Source of the DNA: Escherichia coli
GTDB taxonomy: Bacteria > Pseudomonadota > Gammaproteobacteria > Enterobacterales > Enterobacteriaceae
Direction: 5' to 3' (one strand)
DNA length: 64,000 nt
Assembly (NCBI RefSeq): GCF_044647545.1
Contig: NZ_CP172818.1
Below are positions 47,578 to 58,569 of the stretch, piece after piece. Below the pieces are notes generated by a model. It did no database searches. It was given only the letters and a program-made list of their open reading frames with translations, and was not told the origin of the DNA. Position numbers and translations under genes: made by a program. Every line of letters begins with the position of its first letter. Position 1 is the stretch's first letter.

Positions 47578-49896
47578 TTACAACGTAATTGTCAGCGCAT
47601 TCCCTTGAGGCGTCACCACCAGCCCCAGCTCACTTTCAGCCTGCGAACCGCCTTGCAGACCATTTACTTTCACAACATTGCGCAAGCACAGCGTCCAGTT
47701 CTTCGCCACGCCCGCACCATTCACAGTAATTGTGTTGCCAGTACGCGCCGCTTTCAGGGTGAAAAGAACGGAACCATCGGCAGCGGGCACTTCACAGATG
47801 GCTTCATGCCCGTCTTGCAGATTAAAGAGCTGGAATGCCGTGCCTTCGTGCCACGCGTAATCGGGACGTTGCTCGTTGTTGCCCAGCGCCAGTAGGGTGT
47901 TATCACGCACATAAACGGGTAGACTCAGGAAGCCGTGCTGCTGTTTATGCCAGCGACTACCATCGAGTTCATCGTTGTGCCACAGGTGTGTCCAGCGACC
48001 TTCCGGCAAGTAGAACTGCACATCGCCCGCTTCAGTGAACACCGGAGCAACCATCACGTTATCGCCTAACATGTATTGACGGTCAAGGTAATCACAAGCC
48101 GGATCGTCCGGGAACTCCATCATCATGGCCCGCATCATCGGCGTACCCCGGGCGTTTGCACGTGCAGCTTCACGATACAGATACGGCATCATGCGGCATT
48201 TCAGTTGCGTGAAGAAGCGCACCACATCACAGGACTCATCATCATAGGCCCACGGCACACGATAAGATTTGCTGCCGTGTAAACGGCTATGGCTGGAGAG
48301 CAAACCAAACGCGCACCAGCGTTTGTAAACGTGCGCCGGAGCGGTATTCTCAAAGCCGCCGATATCGTGGCTCCAGAAGCCAAAACCAGAAAGGCCAATA
48401 GACAAACCACCGCGCAGGCTTTCCGCCATTGATTCGTAGTTAGCGTAACAGTCGCCACCCCAATGTACCGGGAATTTCTGCGCACCGACGGAGGCCGAGC
48501 GGGCAAACAAGACGGCTTCTTCCTCGCCAACGGTTTCCTTGAGCACGTTCCACACCAGTTCGTTGTAGATGTACGCATAATGGTTATGCATTTTCTGCGG
48601 ATCGGAACCATCAAACCATTGAACATCGGTTGGAATACGTTCGCCAAAGTCGGTCTTAAAGCAATCAACGCCCATCGCGACCAGACCTTTCAGTTTGTCG
48701 GCGTACCATTTGCAGGCATCCGGATTGGTAAAGTCATAAATCGCCAGACCTGGCTGCCATTTATCCCACTGCCACAGCGAACCGTCCGGGCGTTTGAGTA
48801 AATAACCTTTCTCTTGTAACTCTTTAAAGACAGGGGATTTTTGCCCGATATAGGGGTTAATCCAGACGCAGATTTTTAGCCCTTTCGCTTTCAGGCGGCG
48901 GATCATCCCTTCCGGGTCCGGGAAAGTCAGCGGGTCCCACTCAAAATCGCACCACTGGAAGGCTTTCATCCAGAAACAGTCAAAGTGGAAAACATGCAGC
49001 GGCAGATTGCGTTCCGCCATACCATCGATAAAGCTGTTTACCGTCGCTTCGTCGTAGTTGGTGGTAAATGAAGTGGTTAGCCACAGGCCGAAGGACCACG
49101 CGGGCGGCAGCGCCGGACGACCAGTAAAACGGGTATAACTATCAAGTACCGCTTTCGGCGTCGGGCCGTCGATAACAAAGTATTCGAGATATTCACTCTC
49201 AACGCTGAACTGCACTTTGGAGACTTTCTCCGATCCCACTTCAAAAGAGACGCATTGAGGATGATTGACCAGTACCCCATAACCACGGTTAGTCATATAG
49301 AACGGAATATTTTTATACGCCTGTTCAGTACTTGTGCCGCCGTCCCGGTTCCAGGTCTCTACCGTCTGGCCATTGCGCACCAGGGCAGTAAAGCGCTCTC
49401 CCAGACCGTAAACTGTTTCGCCAACGCCAAGATCCAGCCGCTCAAACATATAATTTCGTTGATTATTCGTGTCCTGCACGTAGCCATTATTTTTCACCTG
49501 ACTACCGGTAATACGTTCGCCGTTGCGCAGAAAATCCAGTGACCAGAACTCACCTTTGCTGACACGCGCGCTTAAGTTGCCACTTTTAAACTCAGCGTAA
49601 CGTTCTGTGTTTTCGATTGTGACCTTCACGTCCTGCAAAATATTGAGCGGATAATGAGGACCGTTATTCAGCGCCCCCTGAAAATGCTCAATCCGTACAC
49701 CGACAATACCTTCCTGTGGGGAGAAAAAGCGCAGCGTAAATAAAGGCGTATCAAGCTGCCAGGTACGTTCACGCACATCACGAGGGGCAGCATAGACCAC
49801 CATTTCATTACCCTGCTCTTCAACCTCGAACACCTGAAGCGGGTGAATCAAATTGAGGCCAGGTTGAATCAACCAGTTTCCGTCGCTAATTTTCAT
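47578..49896 (-). CDS. yicI: Alpha-xylosidase (GH31)
   Basis: 772 aa ORF, GH31 catalytic region (WIDMNE-like KTDFGE); downstream of yicJ. Confidence 0.93.
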   Translation of the reverse strand: MKISDGNWLIQPGLNLIHPLQVFEVEEQGNEMVVYAAPRDVRERTWQLDTPLFTLRFFSPQEGIVGVRIEHFQGALNNGPHYPLNILQDVKVTIENTERYAEFKSGNLSARVSKGEFWSLDFLRNGERITGSQVKNNGYVQDTNNQRNYMFERLDLGVGETVYGLGERFTALVRNGQTVETWNRDGGTSTEQAYKNIPFYMTNRGYGVLVNHPQCVSFEVGSEKVSKVQFSVESEYLEYFVIDGPTPKAVLDSYTRFTGRPALPPAWSFGLWLTTSFTTNYDEATVNSFIDGMAERNLPLHVFHFDCFWMKAFQWCDFEWDPLTFPDPEGMIRRLKAKGLKICVWINPYIGQKSPVFKELQEKGYLLKRPDGSLWQWDKWQPGLAIYDFTNPDACKWYADKLKGLVAMGVDCFKTDFGERIPTDVQWFDGSDPQKMHNHYAYIYNELVWNVLKETVGEEEAVLFARSASVGAQKFPVHWGGDCYANYESMAESLRGGLSIGLSGFGFWSHDIGGFENTAPAHVYKRWCAFGLLSSHSRLHGSKSYRVPWAYDDESCDVVRFFTQLKCRMMPYLYREAARANARGTPMMRAMMMEFPDDPACDYLDRQYMLGDNVMVAPVFTEAGDVQFYLPEGRWTHLWHNDELDGSRWHKQQHGFLSLPVYVRDNTLLALGNNEQRPDYAWHEGTAFQLFNLQDGHEAICEVPAADGSVLFTLKAARTGNTITVNGAGVAKNWTLCLRNVVKVNGLQGGSQAESELGLVVTPQGNALTITL

Positions 49897-49905
49897 TGCC
49901 GTTCC

Positions 49906-51288
49906 TTAGTTCTGCACTTCTTGAGAGGTGAATTGTTGCTGGCAACGGCGTTTGCCCTGGGCCAGCTGTTCCATAACGGTTTTCAGATTGTGCGTCGTGA
50001 GCGAGTAGTAGCGTTTAGCGATAATCGCGCTCAGCAAGTAACAGATCGCCGGAACAATCGTGAATAGCGCAATAATGATGCTAATCGTGGCGCTGTTCTG
50101 CGCTTTTTCTGCCGCATCATATCCGCCATAAGCCAGCATCCAGCCGATAAGAGCGCCGCCGAAGGCCAACCCCAGTTTGAGCACAAACAGCGTGCCAGCA
50201 AAACTGATCCCGGTCAGGCGTTTACCATTGCACCACTCGCCGTAATCGACGGTATCGGACATCATTACCCACTGGATAGGTGTCACCAGTTGATGCAACA
50301 CACCAATCACGAAGATGAAGACAAACATGGTGATGCTGGCCTGCATAGGAACAAAGAACATCGCGAGGCTAATCACTGCCAGCAGGGCGTTCGTCCACCA
50401 GAAGATAGTGACTTTACATTTCCAGTCGGTCAGCGGTTTCGCCAGTGCGGAACCAATCAGGTTACCCACGCAATAAGTGGTAAGAAAAGCGACAAACACT
50501 TCCGGCGTACCCAAAATCCATGTGACGTAATACATCATCGCCCCGCCGCGTACGCATACCGCCAGAATATTGAAAATGGTTAGTAAACCGACAATACGCC
50601 ACTGGTCGTTTTGCCAGATATCACGTAAATCTTCCCTCATAGACGTCGTTGTAGGTGGTGCTTCAACGCGTTCTTTAGTGGTGAAGAAACAAAATGCCAG
50701 CATCATGAATGCCACCACGGAAAGGACCGCGATACCGCCCTGGAAACCGAGTGGTTTATTATCACCACCAATTAAATTAACCAGCGGCATCATCAGAACA
50801 GTAGAGAGCATGCCTCCCGCGGTCGCCAGCACAAAACGCCAGGATTGCAGCGAGATACGCTGAGTCGGGTCATTGGTGATTACACCACCCAATGCGCAGT
50901 AAGGGATATTGACGATGGTATAAAGTAAGGTAAGTAGGGTGTAAGTAATTGCTGCATAGATCATTTTGCCGTTCATACTGAGATCTGGCGTGCTATAGGC
51001 CAGTACACAGACGATCCCGAATGGCAGTGCGCCAAACAGTACCCACGGACGAAATTTACCCCAGCGAGAGCGCGTTCGATCGGCCAACAACCCCATGCAA
51101 GGATCGGAAATCGCATCCAGTGCACGAGCGACCAAAAACATGGTTCCGACAAATCCGGCAGGAATGCCAAAAATATCGGTATAAAAGAACATCATATATA
51201 ACATTACGTTATCGAAAATAATGTGGCTGGCGGCGTCTCCCATGCCATAACCAATTTTCTCTTTAACGGACAACACTTCACTCTTCAT
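49906..51288 (-). CDS. yicJ: Glycoside-pentoside-hexuronide family transporter YicJ
   Basis: ORF 49906..51345 trimmed to MKSEVLSVKEKIGYGMGD start giving 460 aa; GPH/MFS transporter. Confidence 0.9.
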   Translation of the reverse strand: MKSEVLSVKEKIGYGMGDAASHIIFDNVMLYMMFFYTDIFGIPAGFVGTMFLVARALDAISDPCMGLLADRTRSRWGKFRPWVLFGALPFGIVCVLAYSTPDLSMNGKMIYAAITYTLLTLLYTIVNIPYCALGGVITNDPTQRISLQSWRFVLATAGGMLSTVLMMPLVNLIGGDNKPLGFQGGIAVLSVVAFMMLAFCFFTTKERVEAPPTTTSMREDLRDIWQNDQWRIVGLLTIFNILAVCVRGGAMMYYVTWILGTPEVFVAFLTTYCVGNLIGSALAKPLTDWKCKVTIFWWTNALLAVISLAMFFVPMQASITMFVFIFVIGVLHQLVTPIQWVMMSDTVDYGEWCNGKRLTGISFAGTLFVLKLGLAFGGALIGWMLAYGGYDAAEKAQNSATISIIIALFTIVPAICYLLSAIIAKRYYSLTTHNLKTVMEQLAQGKRRCQQQFTSQEVQN

Positions 51289-51580
51289 CTGCTTTTCCTT
51301 GATGCTATAGGGGTGCTGAGACCGATAACGCATTTTGTAAACCATCCCTGCGAGAGCGAATATTCCGATATCTGGTTATTAATTTATGATTCTTGTTTTA
51401 TGTGATCGTGGTAGCGTAAATTACGCTCATATATCATTGTAAAATATGGGTTTTATATGAATTATAATGCTTTCGTGATAATACGCTGCGTGTATTAGGC
51501 GGAAAAAACTGATCTGGGGGATGTAGAAACTCAAGGAAGTAGCTATAATGCGCCCCGCCTCCATGTAGCAATCGAGGCGC

Positions 51581-51675
51581 GGAAGATCGTCGTCTCCGGT
51601 GAGGCGGCTGGACTTCAAATCCAGTTGGGGCCGCCAGCGGTCCCGGGCAGGTTCGACTCCTGTGATCTTCCGCCA
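51581..51675 (+). tRNA. selC: tRNA-Sec (selenocysteine, anticodon UCA)
   Basis: 95 nt GGAAGATCGTCGTCTCCGGTGAGGCGGCTGGACTTCAAATCCAGTTGGGGCCGCCAGCGGTCCCGGGCAGGTTCGACTCCTGTGATCTTCCGCCA; 8-bp acceptor stem, long variable arm, UCA anticodon. Confidence 0.97.
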
Positions 51676-52313
51676 ATTTGCCTCTTCTGACGTTCTCCAA
51701 CCCCTTGTAATACTGTCAATCCAGATATTTTCTACTGCTCAATATTCAATCGGCTTCAGGAATACCTGATCAAAAGTTTTGTGATGGACGATGAGCGACT
51801 GAAGAATCCGCCTGTCGGTTCTTCTGTCCTCGAACGCATCCGCGATATTCGCGCCAGCATGCGCCGTGTTTATTTGCAGGTGATTTGCCCCCCTGCTGAC
51901 TCTCAGCCAACTGTATCGCCATTAAGGTGAAGATGTTGTTTTACACGCCCCAGAACACCCTTTTTTTATACGACGATTCTATTCCTTTAACCGCTGGCGA
52001 AAAAAACTGACCTGTAAACTTCACCAATAATCAGACTGCCATCAAGATTAATTTGTTCATTTAATATATCAAATAAATTTGTTTTATTTTTACTATCAAA
52101 AATAGCTCATTGTCTTACTATAATTAATATATAAATTCGGTGATTAACTCTTAACATGCTTTTGCTAATAATCTCAATTGCTGGCCCTATAATATTGCGC
52201 TAGCATTGCTTTCTGGTTGTATCAGCGATACTCAAAAAATCTTAATACAATACTCATTCGACTGGTACTTATTTGTAACTCAGTTATATTTTGTCGCCCG
52301 GTGATTCAGAAGA

Positions 52314-53498
52314 ATGCAAAAAACGGCTACCACTCCATCAAAAATACTTGATCTCACTGCCGCGGCATTTTTACTTGTCGCCTTTCTGACGGGTATTGCG
52401 GGCGCTCTCCAGACTCCCACCCTAAGTATATTCCTCGCAGATGAACTGAAAGCCCGTCCTATAATGGTAGGTTTTTTCTTCACCGGTAGCGCTATTATGG
52501 GAATTCTGGTCAGTCAATTTCTGGCAAGGCACTCCGATAAACAAGGCGACCGTAAATTACTGATCCTGCTATGTTGCTTATTTGGAGTGTTGGCCTGCAC
52601 TCTTTTTGCGTGGAATCGCAACTACTTCATTCTCCTCTCTACGGGCGTACTTCTGAGTAGTTTTGCTTCCACTGCAAACCCGCAAATGTTCGCCCTCGCC
52701 CGTGAACACGCCGACAGAACAGGCCGTGAGACGGTCATGTTCAGTACATTTTTACGTGCTCAGATCTCGCTTGCCTGGGTTATCGGGCCACCGCTCGCTT
52801 ATGAGCTGGCAATGGGATTTAGTTTTAAAGTGATGTATCTCACCGCAGCCATCGCATTTGTTGTTTGCGGGCTGATAGTCTGGTTGTTTTTGCCATCAAT
52901 ACAAAGAAATATTCCTGTCGTTACCCAACCCGTAGAAATTTTACCCTCCATCCATAGAAAGCGGGATACACGGCTACTTTTTGTGGTCTGTTCAATGATG
53001 TGGGCGGCGAATAATCTCTACATGATAAATATGCCGCTATTTATTATTGATGAACTGCATCTAACCGATAAACTGGCTGGAGAAATGATTGGTATTGCTG
53101 CCGGTCTGGAAATTCCGATGATGTTAATCGCAGGCTATTACATGAAACGTATTGGCAAGCGACTATTAATGCTCATTGCTATCGTGAGTGGTATGTGTTT
53201 TTACGCCAGCGTACTCATGGCGACGACTCCGGCAATTGAGCTGGAATTGCAAATTCTAAATGCCATTTTCCTTGGTATTCTCTGTGGTATCGGCATGCTT
53301 TATTTTCAGGATCTGATGCCTGAAAAAATAGGCTCTGCGACAACGTTATATGCAAATACCTCACGCGTCGGCTGGATTATCGCCGGCTCTGTTGACGGAA
53401 TTATGGTTGAAATCTGGAGCTACCACGCGTTGTTCTGGCTGGCGATAGGGATGTTGGGTATTGCGATGATTTGCCTGCTGTTTATTAAAGATATTTAG
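52314..53498 (+). CDS. setC: Sugar efflux transporter C (MFS)
   Basis: 394 aa MFS ORF; first gene after selC as in the K-12 arrangement. Confidence 0.9.
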   Translation: MQKTATTPSKILDLTAAAFLLVAFLTGIAGALQTPTLSIFLADELKARPIMVGFFFTGSAIMGILVSQFLARHSDKQGDRKLLILLCCLFGVLACTLFAWNRNYFILLSTGVLLSSFASTANPQMFALAREHADRTGRETVMFSTFLRAQISLAWVIGPPLAYELAMGFSFKVMYLTAAIAFVVCGLIVWLFLPSIQRNIPVVTQPVEILPSIHRKRDTRLLFVVCSMMWAANNLYMINMPLFIIDELHLTDKLAGEMIGIAAGLEIPMMLIAGYYMKRIGKRLLMLIAIVSGMCFYASVLMATTPAIELELQILNAIFLGILCGIGMLYFQDLMPEKIGSATTLYANTSRVGWIIAGSVDGIMVEIWSYHALFWLAIGMLGIAMICLLFIKDI

Positions 53499-53608
53499 CT
53501 CACCAGTCTGGGCTAAGAAAAATCGGCGTGGCGCAAACAGAGCCATCCTCGCCATTTTTGCTATCATGCCTGCATACATAAACGACAAAACAGTATGCAG
53601 AGGGAAAA

Positions 53609-54532
53609 ATGGGTTCCACCAGAAAGGGGATGCTGAACGTTCTGATTGCCGCCGTGTTGTGGGGAAGTTCAGGGGTCTGCGCGCAATACATCATGGAGCA
53701 AAGCCAGATGTCGTCGCAGTTTTTGACTATGACGCGTTTGATATTCGCCGGTTTGATTCTGCTGACGCTGTCATTTGTTCATGGCGATAAAATCTTTTCT
53801 ATTATTAACAATCACAAAGATGCCATTAGTCTGCTGATTTTTTCCGTGGTTGGCGCGCTAACCGTACAGCTCACTTTTTTGCTAACCATCGAAAAATCGA
53901 ACGCAGCCACGGCAACGGTGCTGCAATTCCTCTCACCGACGATTATCGTCGCCTGGTTCTCACTGGTGCGTAAATCCCGCCCGGGCATTCTGGTTTTTTG
54001 CGCTATTTTGACATCGCTGGTCGGGACTTTTTTATTGGTGACACACGGTAATCCGACGTCATTATCGATCTCTCCTGCCGCGTTATTCTGGGGAATTGCC
54101 TCGGCATTTGCTGCGGCATTCTATACCACCTATCCCTCAACGCTGATTGCCCGCTATGGCACGTTACCGGTCGTCGGCTGGAGTATGCTCATTGGTGGTC
54201 TGATCCTGCTGCCATTTTATGCCAGACAAGGGACAAATTTTGTGGTTAATGGCAGTTTGATTCTGGCGTTTTTTTATTTGGTGGTCATTGGTACGTCCCT
54301 GACATTTAGTCTGTACCTGAAAGGAGCACAATTAATTGGCGGTCCAAAAGCCAGCATTTTAAGCTGTGCAGAACCATTAAGTAGCGCGCTGCTCTCTTTG
54401 CTGTTACTGGGGATCACATTCACATTACCGGACTGGCTGGGAACGCTGCTGATTCTGTCATCAGTGATTTTGATTTCAGTGGATTCCCGTCGCCGCGCCA
54501 GAAAAATAAATCGTCCGGCGCGGGATGAGTGA
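53609..54532 (+). CDS. yicL: EamA/DMT family inner membrane transporter YicL
   Basis: 307 aa ORF with two EamA-like repeats. Confidence 0.88.
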   Translation: MGSTRKGMLNVLIAAVLWGSSGVCAQYIMEQSQMSSQFLTMTRLIFAGLILLTLSFVHGDKIFSIINNHKDAISLLIFSVVGALTVQLTFLLTIEKSNAATATVLQFLSPTIIVAWFSLVRKSRPGILVFCAILTSLVGTFLLVTHGNPTSLSISPAALFWGIASAFAAAFYTTYPSTLIARYGTLPVVGWSMLIGGLILLPFYARQGTNFVVNGSLILAFFYLVVIGTSLTFSLYLKGAQLIGGPKASILSCAEPLSSALLSLLLLGITFTLPDWLGTLLILSSVILISVDSRRRARKINRPARDE

Positions 54533-54535
54533 GAA

Positions 54536-55354
54536 TTACCAGCCAGGCACCGCGCCACCGTTAAAGATGGTTTCTGCCGCTTTAGCGACTTCGGATGATT
54601 GATAAGATTGCAGAAATTCCTTCACGTTTTCTGCATTCTTATTATCTTCCCGTGCTACCAGAATGTTCACATACGGCGAATTTTTATCTTCAATAAATAC
54701 GCTGTCGTGCACCGGAGAAAGTCCGGTCTGCTGAATGTAAGTGGTGCTGATAATCGCCACATCAACTTTGGGATCATCCAGTACGCGCGGGAGCTGCGCC
54801 CCCTCGAGTTCCATAATCTGCAAATGACGAGGATTATCGGTTATATCCAGCGCGGTAGGTAATAACCCTTTTCCCTCTTTCAGAATAATTAGCTTCTCTT
54901 TTTGCAACAGTAAAAGCGCGCGACCAAGGTTGGTCGGGTCGTTGGGGATCGCCACTGTCGCGCCTTCTTTTATTTGCGCCACGGTTTTGATTTTTTTGGA
55001 ATAACCCGCCATAGGGAAGACAAACGTATTTCCCACCGCTACCAGTTTATAACCATGCGCCTGATTATCTTGTTCAAGAAAGGGCCGATGCTGGAAGACA
55101 TTCGCATCAAGCTCGCCATGATTTGTCGCATCGTTCGGTAGCAACGAACCGCTAAATCCTACCAGTTCAACATCGAGGCCATATTTCTCTTTTGCCACCT
55201 TTTTAGCGACTTCCGCGACATCTTGTTCTGCGCCATTTATAACGCCAACTTTAATGTGTTTTGCATCGCTGCTACTCTGGTCGCAACCTGCCAGCAGAAT
55301 TCCTGCCAGCAATAATGCGGCCCCCGCCCGTAGATGATGTGTTGTCAGTTTCAT
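54536..55354 (-). CDS. nlpA: Lipoprotein 28 (methionine-binding NlpA/MetQ family)
   Basis: 272 aa ORF with lipobox LLAGC in the signal peptide. Confidence 0.92.
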   Translation of the reverse strand: MKLTTHHLRAGAALLLAGILLAGCDQSSSDAKHIKVGVINGAEQDVAEVAKKVAKEKYGLDVELVGFSGSLLPNDATNHGELDANVFQHRPFLEQDNQAHGYKLVAVGNTFVFPMAGYSKKIKTVAQIKEGATVAIPNDPTNLGRALLLLQKEKLIILKEGKGLLPTALDITDNPRHLQIMELEGAQLPRVLDDPKVDVAIISTTYIQQTGLSPVHDSVFIEDKNSPYVNILVAREDNKNAENVKEFLQSYQSSEVAKAAETIFNGGAVPGW

Positions 55355-55562
55355 TTTTTATCCTTTTTTTAATCATTAACTGACTATAATGGCAAGAACA
55401 CTACGATTTAAAAAACGAAAAGCTATCGAATAGAAGAAAAAGGTATAAAAAACTGGCACTTCTTACTGACCACGCAAACACCTTTCGTACAGCATGATGA
55501 GAGCGGTAAAAGCAAACTACACTTATGCTTCATTCGATGCACATTTGCAGAAGGTTGCCGCT

Positions 55563-55856
55563 ATGAAGCCAACGATGCTACTCATGATTACCGTATTCCT
55601 GACTTTTCCAGCCATTTCTCAGGCCGAGTCGCCATTCAGCTCGCTACAGTCGGCAAAAGAGAAAACCACGGTATTGCAAGATTTACGTAAAATTTGCACG
55701 CCACAGGCGTCATTATCAGACGAAGCGTGGGAAAAATTAATGTTGTCTGATGAGAGTAACAAACAACATATCCGCGAAGCTATTGTGGCGATGGAGCGTA
55801 ATAATCAGAATAACTACTGGGAAGCGCTGGGTAAGGTGGAATGCCCGGATATGTGA
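55563..55856 (+). CDS. yicS: Small secreted protein YicS
   Basis: ORF trimmed to MKPTMLLMITVFLTFPAISQA (signal peptide) giving 97 aa. Confidence 0.8.
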   Translation: MKPTMLLMITVFLTFPAISQAESPFSSLQSAKEKTTVLQDLRKICTPQASLSDEAWEKLMLSDESNKQHIREAIVAMERNNQNNYWEALGKVECPDM

Positions 55857-55894
55857 ACCGCTACAACTACTGACCAACGCTTCTTTACCTGATA

Positions 55895-57085
55895 TCAGGA
55901 TTTCTTCATTTTCACCTTTGCGGTGACCAATAACGCCGTCAGCAACATCAATGTGCCGGACAACATCAACGGCGAAGTCAGACCAATATTATCCAGCGCA
56001 TAACCGCCGATTGCCGCGCCACAGGTATTAGCAAGCTGAATAACCGCCACCTGAATAGACCCGGCTTTTTCTGCCTGATCGGCCAGTGAGCGGGTGATCC
56101 ACGTTGACCAGCCGACAGGAACCAATGCAAAAGTTAGCCCCCAGATAATCGCCACGCCGGTAGCAACGATTTTATCGCTTCCCCACAACGTCAGCACCAA
56201 CGCACTCACAGCCAGTATTAACGGCGCGCCTGCTAAGGCCAGTTTTACCGAACGTTTAAGAATGAACGACGAAAGCGACGTACCAATAAAGCTGGCGATA
56301 CCAAAACTCAACAGCACCAGCGTTAAGCCATCCACGCCGAATCCCGCCAGGTTCATATACACCGGGCGAATATACGTGAAGAAAGCAAACTGCCCGGCGA
56401 AAGACATGAAGATGGCGATCATCCCTGCCATCACACCCGGACGTTGTAATAAGCGGAAAGTATTTTGTTTCTGATGCGAGGGTTCGCCTGGCAGCGAAGG
56501 CAATGATTTGATAATCCAGAAAATACACAGCACGCCCATCACCGCCGCCGCATTAAAGACATTGCGCCAACCGATAAGCTCGCCTAAAAAACTGCCCAAC
56601 GGTGCGGCAATCACCAGCGCAATAGAAACCGCGCCGAAGATCACCGACAGCGCCTTCGGCACCGTACGCGGCGGTACCAGACGCATGGTCAGCGACGCCG
56701 ACATCGCCCAGAACCCACCCAGCGCCAGCCCCAGACAGGCACGACCGATTAAAAGCAAACTGAATGAGTTAGCAAAGGAAACCAGCAAGCAGGAGAGCGT
56801 CAGCAAAACGGCAAACAAAATAACAACATAGCGGCGGTCAGTGGCCTGAATGGTCTGGGTAATAAACAAACTGGCAAACATTGCCACAAAGGCGGTCACG
56901 GTCACCGATTGCCCGGCAACCCCTTCCGAAATGCCTAAATCCTGGGCCATTGGCGTCAACAAACTGACGGGCAAAAACTCAACGATAATCAGACAGGCGA
57001 CGCAAAACGCCACCGAGAAAACGGCTGACCAGTTCGGTCGGGTGATGGCATCCGCGCCGCGGTTTTCGGCAATAAATTCACTCAT
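55895..57085 (-). CDS. nepI: Purine ribonucleoside efflux pump NepI (MFS)
   Basis: ORF 55895..57133 trimmed to [19 protein letters not shown] start giving 396 aa. Confidence 0.9.
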   Translation of the reverse strand: MSEFIAENRGADAITRPNWSAVFSVAFCVACLIIVEFLPVSLLTPMAQDLGISEGVAGQSVTVTAFVAMFASLFITQTIQATDRRYVVILFAVLLTLSCLLVSFANSFSLLLIGRACLGLALGGFWAMSASLTMRLVPPRTVPKALSVIFGAVSIALVIAAPLGSFLGELIGWRNVFNAAAVMGVLCIFWIIKSLPSLPGEPSHQKQNTFRLLQRPGVMAGMIAIFMSFAGQFAFFTYIRPVYMNLAGFGVDGLTLVLLSFGIASFIGTSLSSFILKRSVKLALAGAPLILAVSALVLTLWGSDKIVATGVAIIWGLTFALVPVGWSTWITRSLADQAEKAGSIQVAVIQLANTCGAAIGGYALDNIGLTSPLMLSGTLMLLTALLVTAKVKMKKS

Positions 57086-57349
57086 GGTGTTACCCGTGGC
57101 ATGTTTCAGGGGAAAAGCCGACCACTTTAACATTGAAATGTGTGACGCATTTAACGTTTTTGCAACTTTTACGGTGTTGTGGGAAAAGTTCGAGGCTGCT
57201 CGAAGAAATAAAAATCATAGGGCAAGGTGATATGCATTTTCGCAATGGGGTTGGGAATAAGGGATAAAGTATTCATTGTGATATACTTTAATAACAGGAT
57301 CTCAACGATATACGCGTGTTTAAAACCAAATATTTTGCAAGGGAAGCCA

Positions 57350-57990
57350 GGTCTCAGCAAAAAAGAAAAAAAGTTGCCGGTTTAGAAACGGAACAAGGTA
57401 AAGCTGATGTACTTGGTGGTGGCGTTTTTAAAAAGCGCCTTCACCGAAATCGTGAGCGTGCAATTATTCTGCAAAAGGGGAAAAAAATTGTTTTTACACT
57501 TTTTTATATAAAAAAAAGGATATGTCAAAAATAAATAGCAAGAAACGGCTTGGTTTCCGTAAACTCCAAAACATTTTCCCCTCCCTACCAAAACCCAAAC
57601 AAAAAAAAAGATTAAAACAAAAAAACAAACAGAAATCCCCTAGACCCGAAAAAAAAAAATAAAAAACCCCCGCTTTTGGGCATTCCCAACCCCGCGGCCC
57701 GGGTTTCCCCCCCCCATGCTTTTTCTCCCCAAAAAAAACGTACTTTTACAAAACCCCCCCCACCAGCACGCAAAAACTACAACCCGGTGAAAAAAAAAAA
57801 ACACGGGAAAAAAAAAAAAGGAAGCCACCCCCCTTCGCCCCCATCCCAAAACCAGCGTTTCAACAGCACAAAAAAAGGAAAAGGGGCGCAAACCCCCCAG
57901 GGGTTCTTTAAAAATCCCCAGCATGGTGGAAAAAAAAGGGGGGGGGGGGGGGGAGTAAAAAAAAAAGAAAAAAGTCATACCAGCCCCAAT
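57350..57990. repeat. Low-complexity homopolymer-rich tract (A8-A12, C5-C8 and a G19 run); probably sequencing or assembly artifact
   Basis: Direct inspection: successive long poly-A, poly-C and poly-G runs, strand-asymmetric composition, no coherent coding frame; unlike any other intergenic region in the window. Confidence 0.6.
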
Positions 57991-58062
57991 ACCGGATGCG
58001 GCGTGAACGCCTAATCCACCCTACAGGTCAGGCGCGGTCTGTAGGCTGATAAGACGAAGCGG
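57991..58062. repeat. Degenerate REP-like (BIME) palindromic element
   Basis: accggatgcggcgtgaacgcctaatccaccctacaggtcaggcgcggtctgtaggctgataagacg resembles the canonical REP gccggatgcggcgtgaacgccttatccggcctaca but with several mismatches. Confidence 0.45.
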
Positions 58063-58064
58063 TT

Positions 58065-58517
58065 TTAATGCAGCCAGTGAACGCCCTCGGCAGGCTGAAA
58101 GAACGCGTTATAGCGCATCTGAAAAGCATTAATATCCTGCATTTCAGGTTCGGTTTCGCGCAGAAAACCCAGCGCCAGCCTGACCTGAGCATCAGTAATC
58201 GGCGCGGCAAGGCGGGCTTTTTGTAAAATCCGATGCCATTGCAGCATGTTCTGTTCGCTACCATCGACAATGACAATTTGCCAGATGAGCAACACCTGCG
58301 CGGCGTTTTGCAGGTGCGACTCATCCGGGCGATGCAAATAACGTAAAAATTCGTCACCGGCTGACTTTCCCATTTGATCGACCATCGACTCCACGGGTAC
58401 GACATCGATGTTCAGCCGATCGCTGAGACGGCGAATCGCTTTTCTGGCCCCGGATGTCAGCACCCGAAAACCAATCACAAACACTACCGCCAGCGTGGCG
58501 AGCATTATCCAGATCAT
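58065..58517 (-). CDS. yicN: DUF1198 family protein YicN
   Basis: ORF 58065..58544 trimmed to MIWIMLATLAVVFVIG start giving 150 aa. Confidence 0.85.
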   Translation of the reverse strand: MIWIMLATLAVVFVIGFRVLTSGARKAIRRLSDRLNIDVVPVESMVDQMGKSAGDEFLRYLHRPDESHLQNAAQVLLIWQIVIVDGSEQNMLQWHRILQKARLAAPITDAQVRLALGFLRETEPEMQDINAFQMRYNAFFQPAEGVHWLH

Positions 58518-58569
58518 GAGTTCTCCTGCGTAATCAGAACTCATAATATCTGGAAACCCTCGCCAGTTA

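Noticed and set aside
51676-52313. Possible pathogenicity or genomic island inserted at selC
   Set aside because: No integrase, no direct repeat of the tRNA 3' end, and the next gene is the chromosomal setC as in the empty-site arrangement.
57640-58014. Two overlapping ORFs (112 aa each, both strands) inside the homopolymer tract
   Set aside because: Translations are low-complexity (poly-F, poly-P, poly-G, poly-K); they arise purely from mononucleotide runs and carry no protein-like signal.
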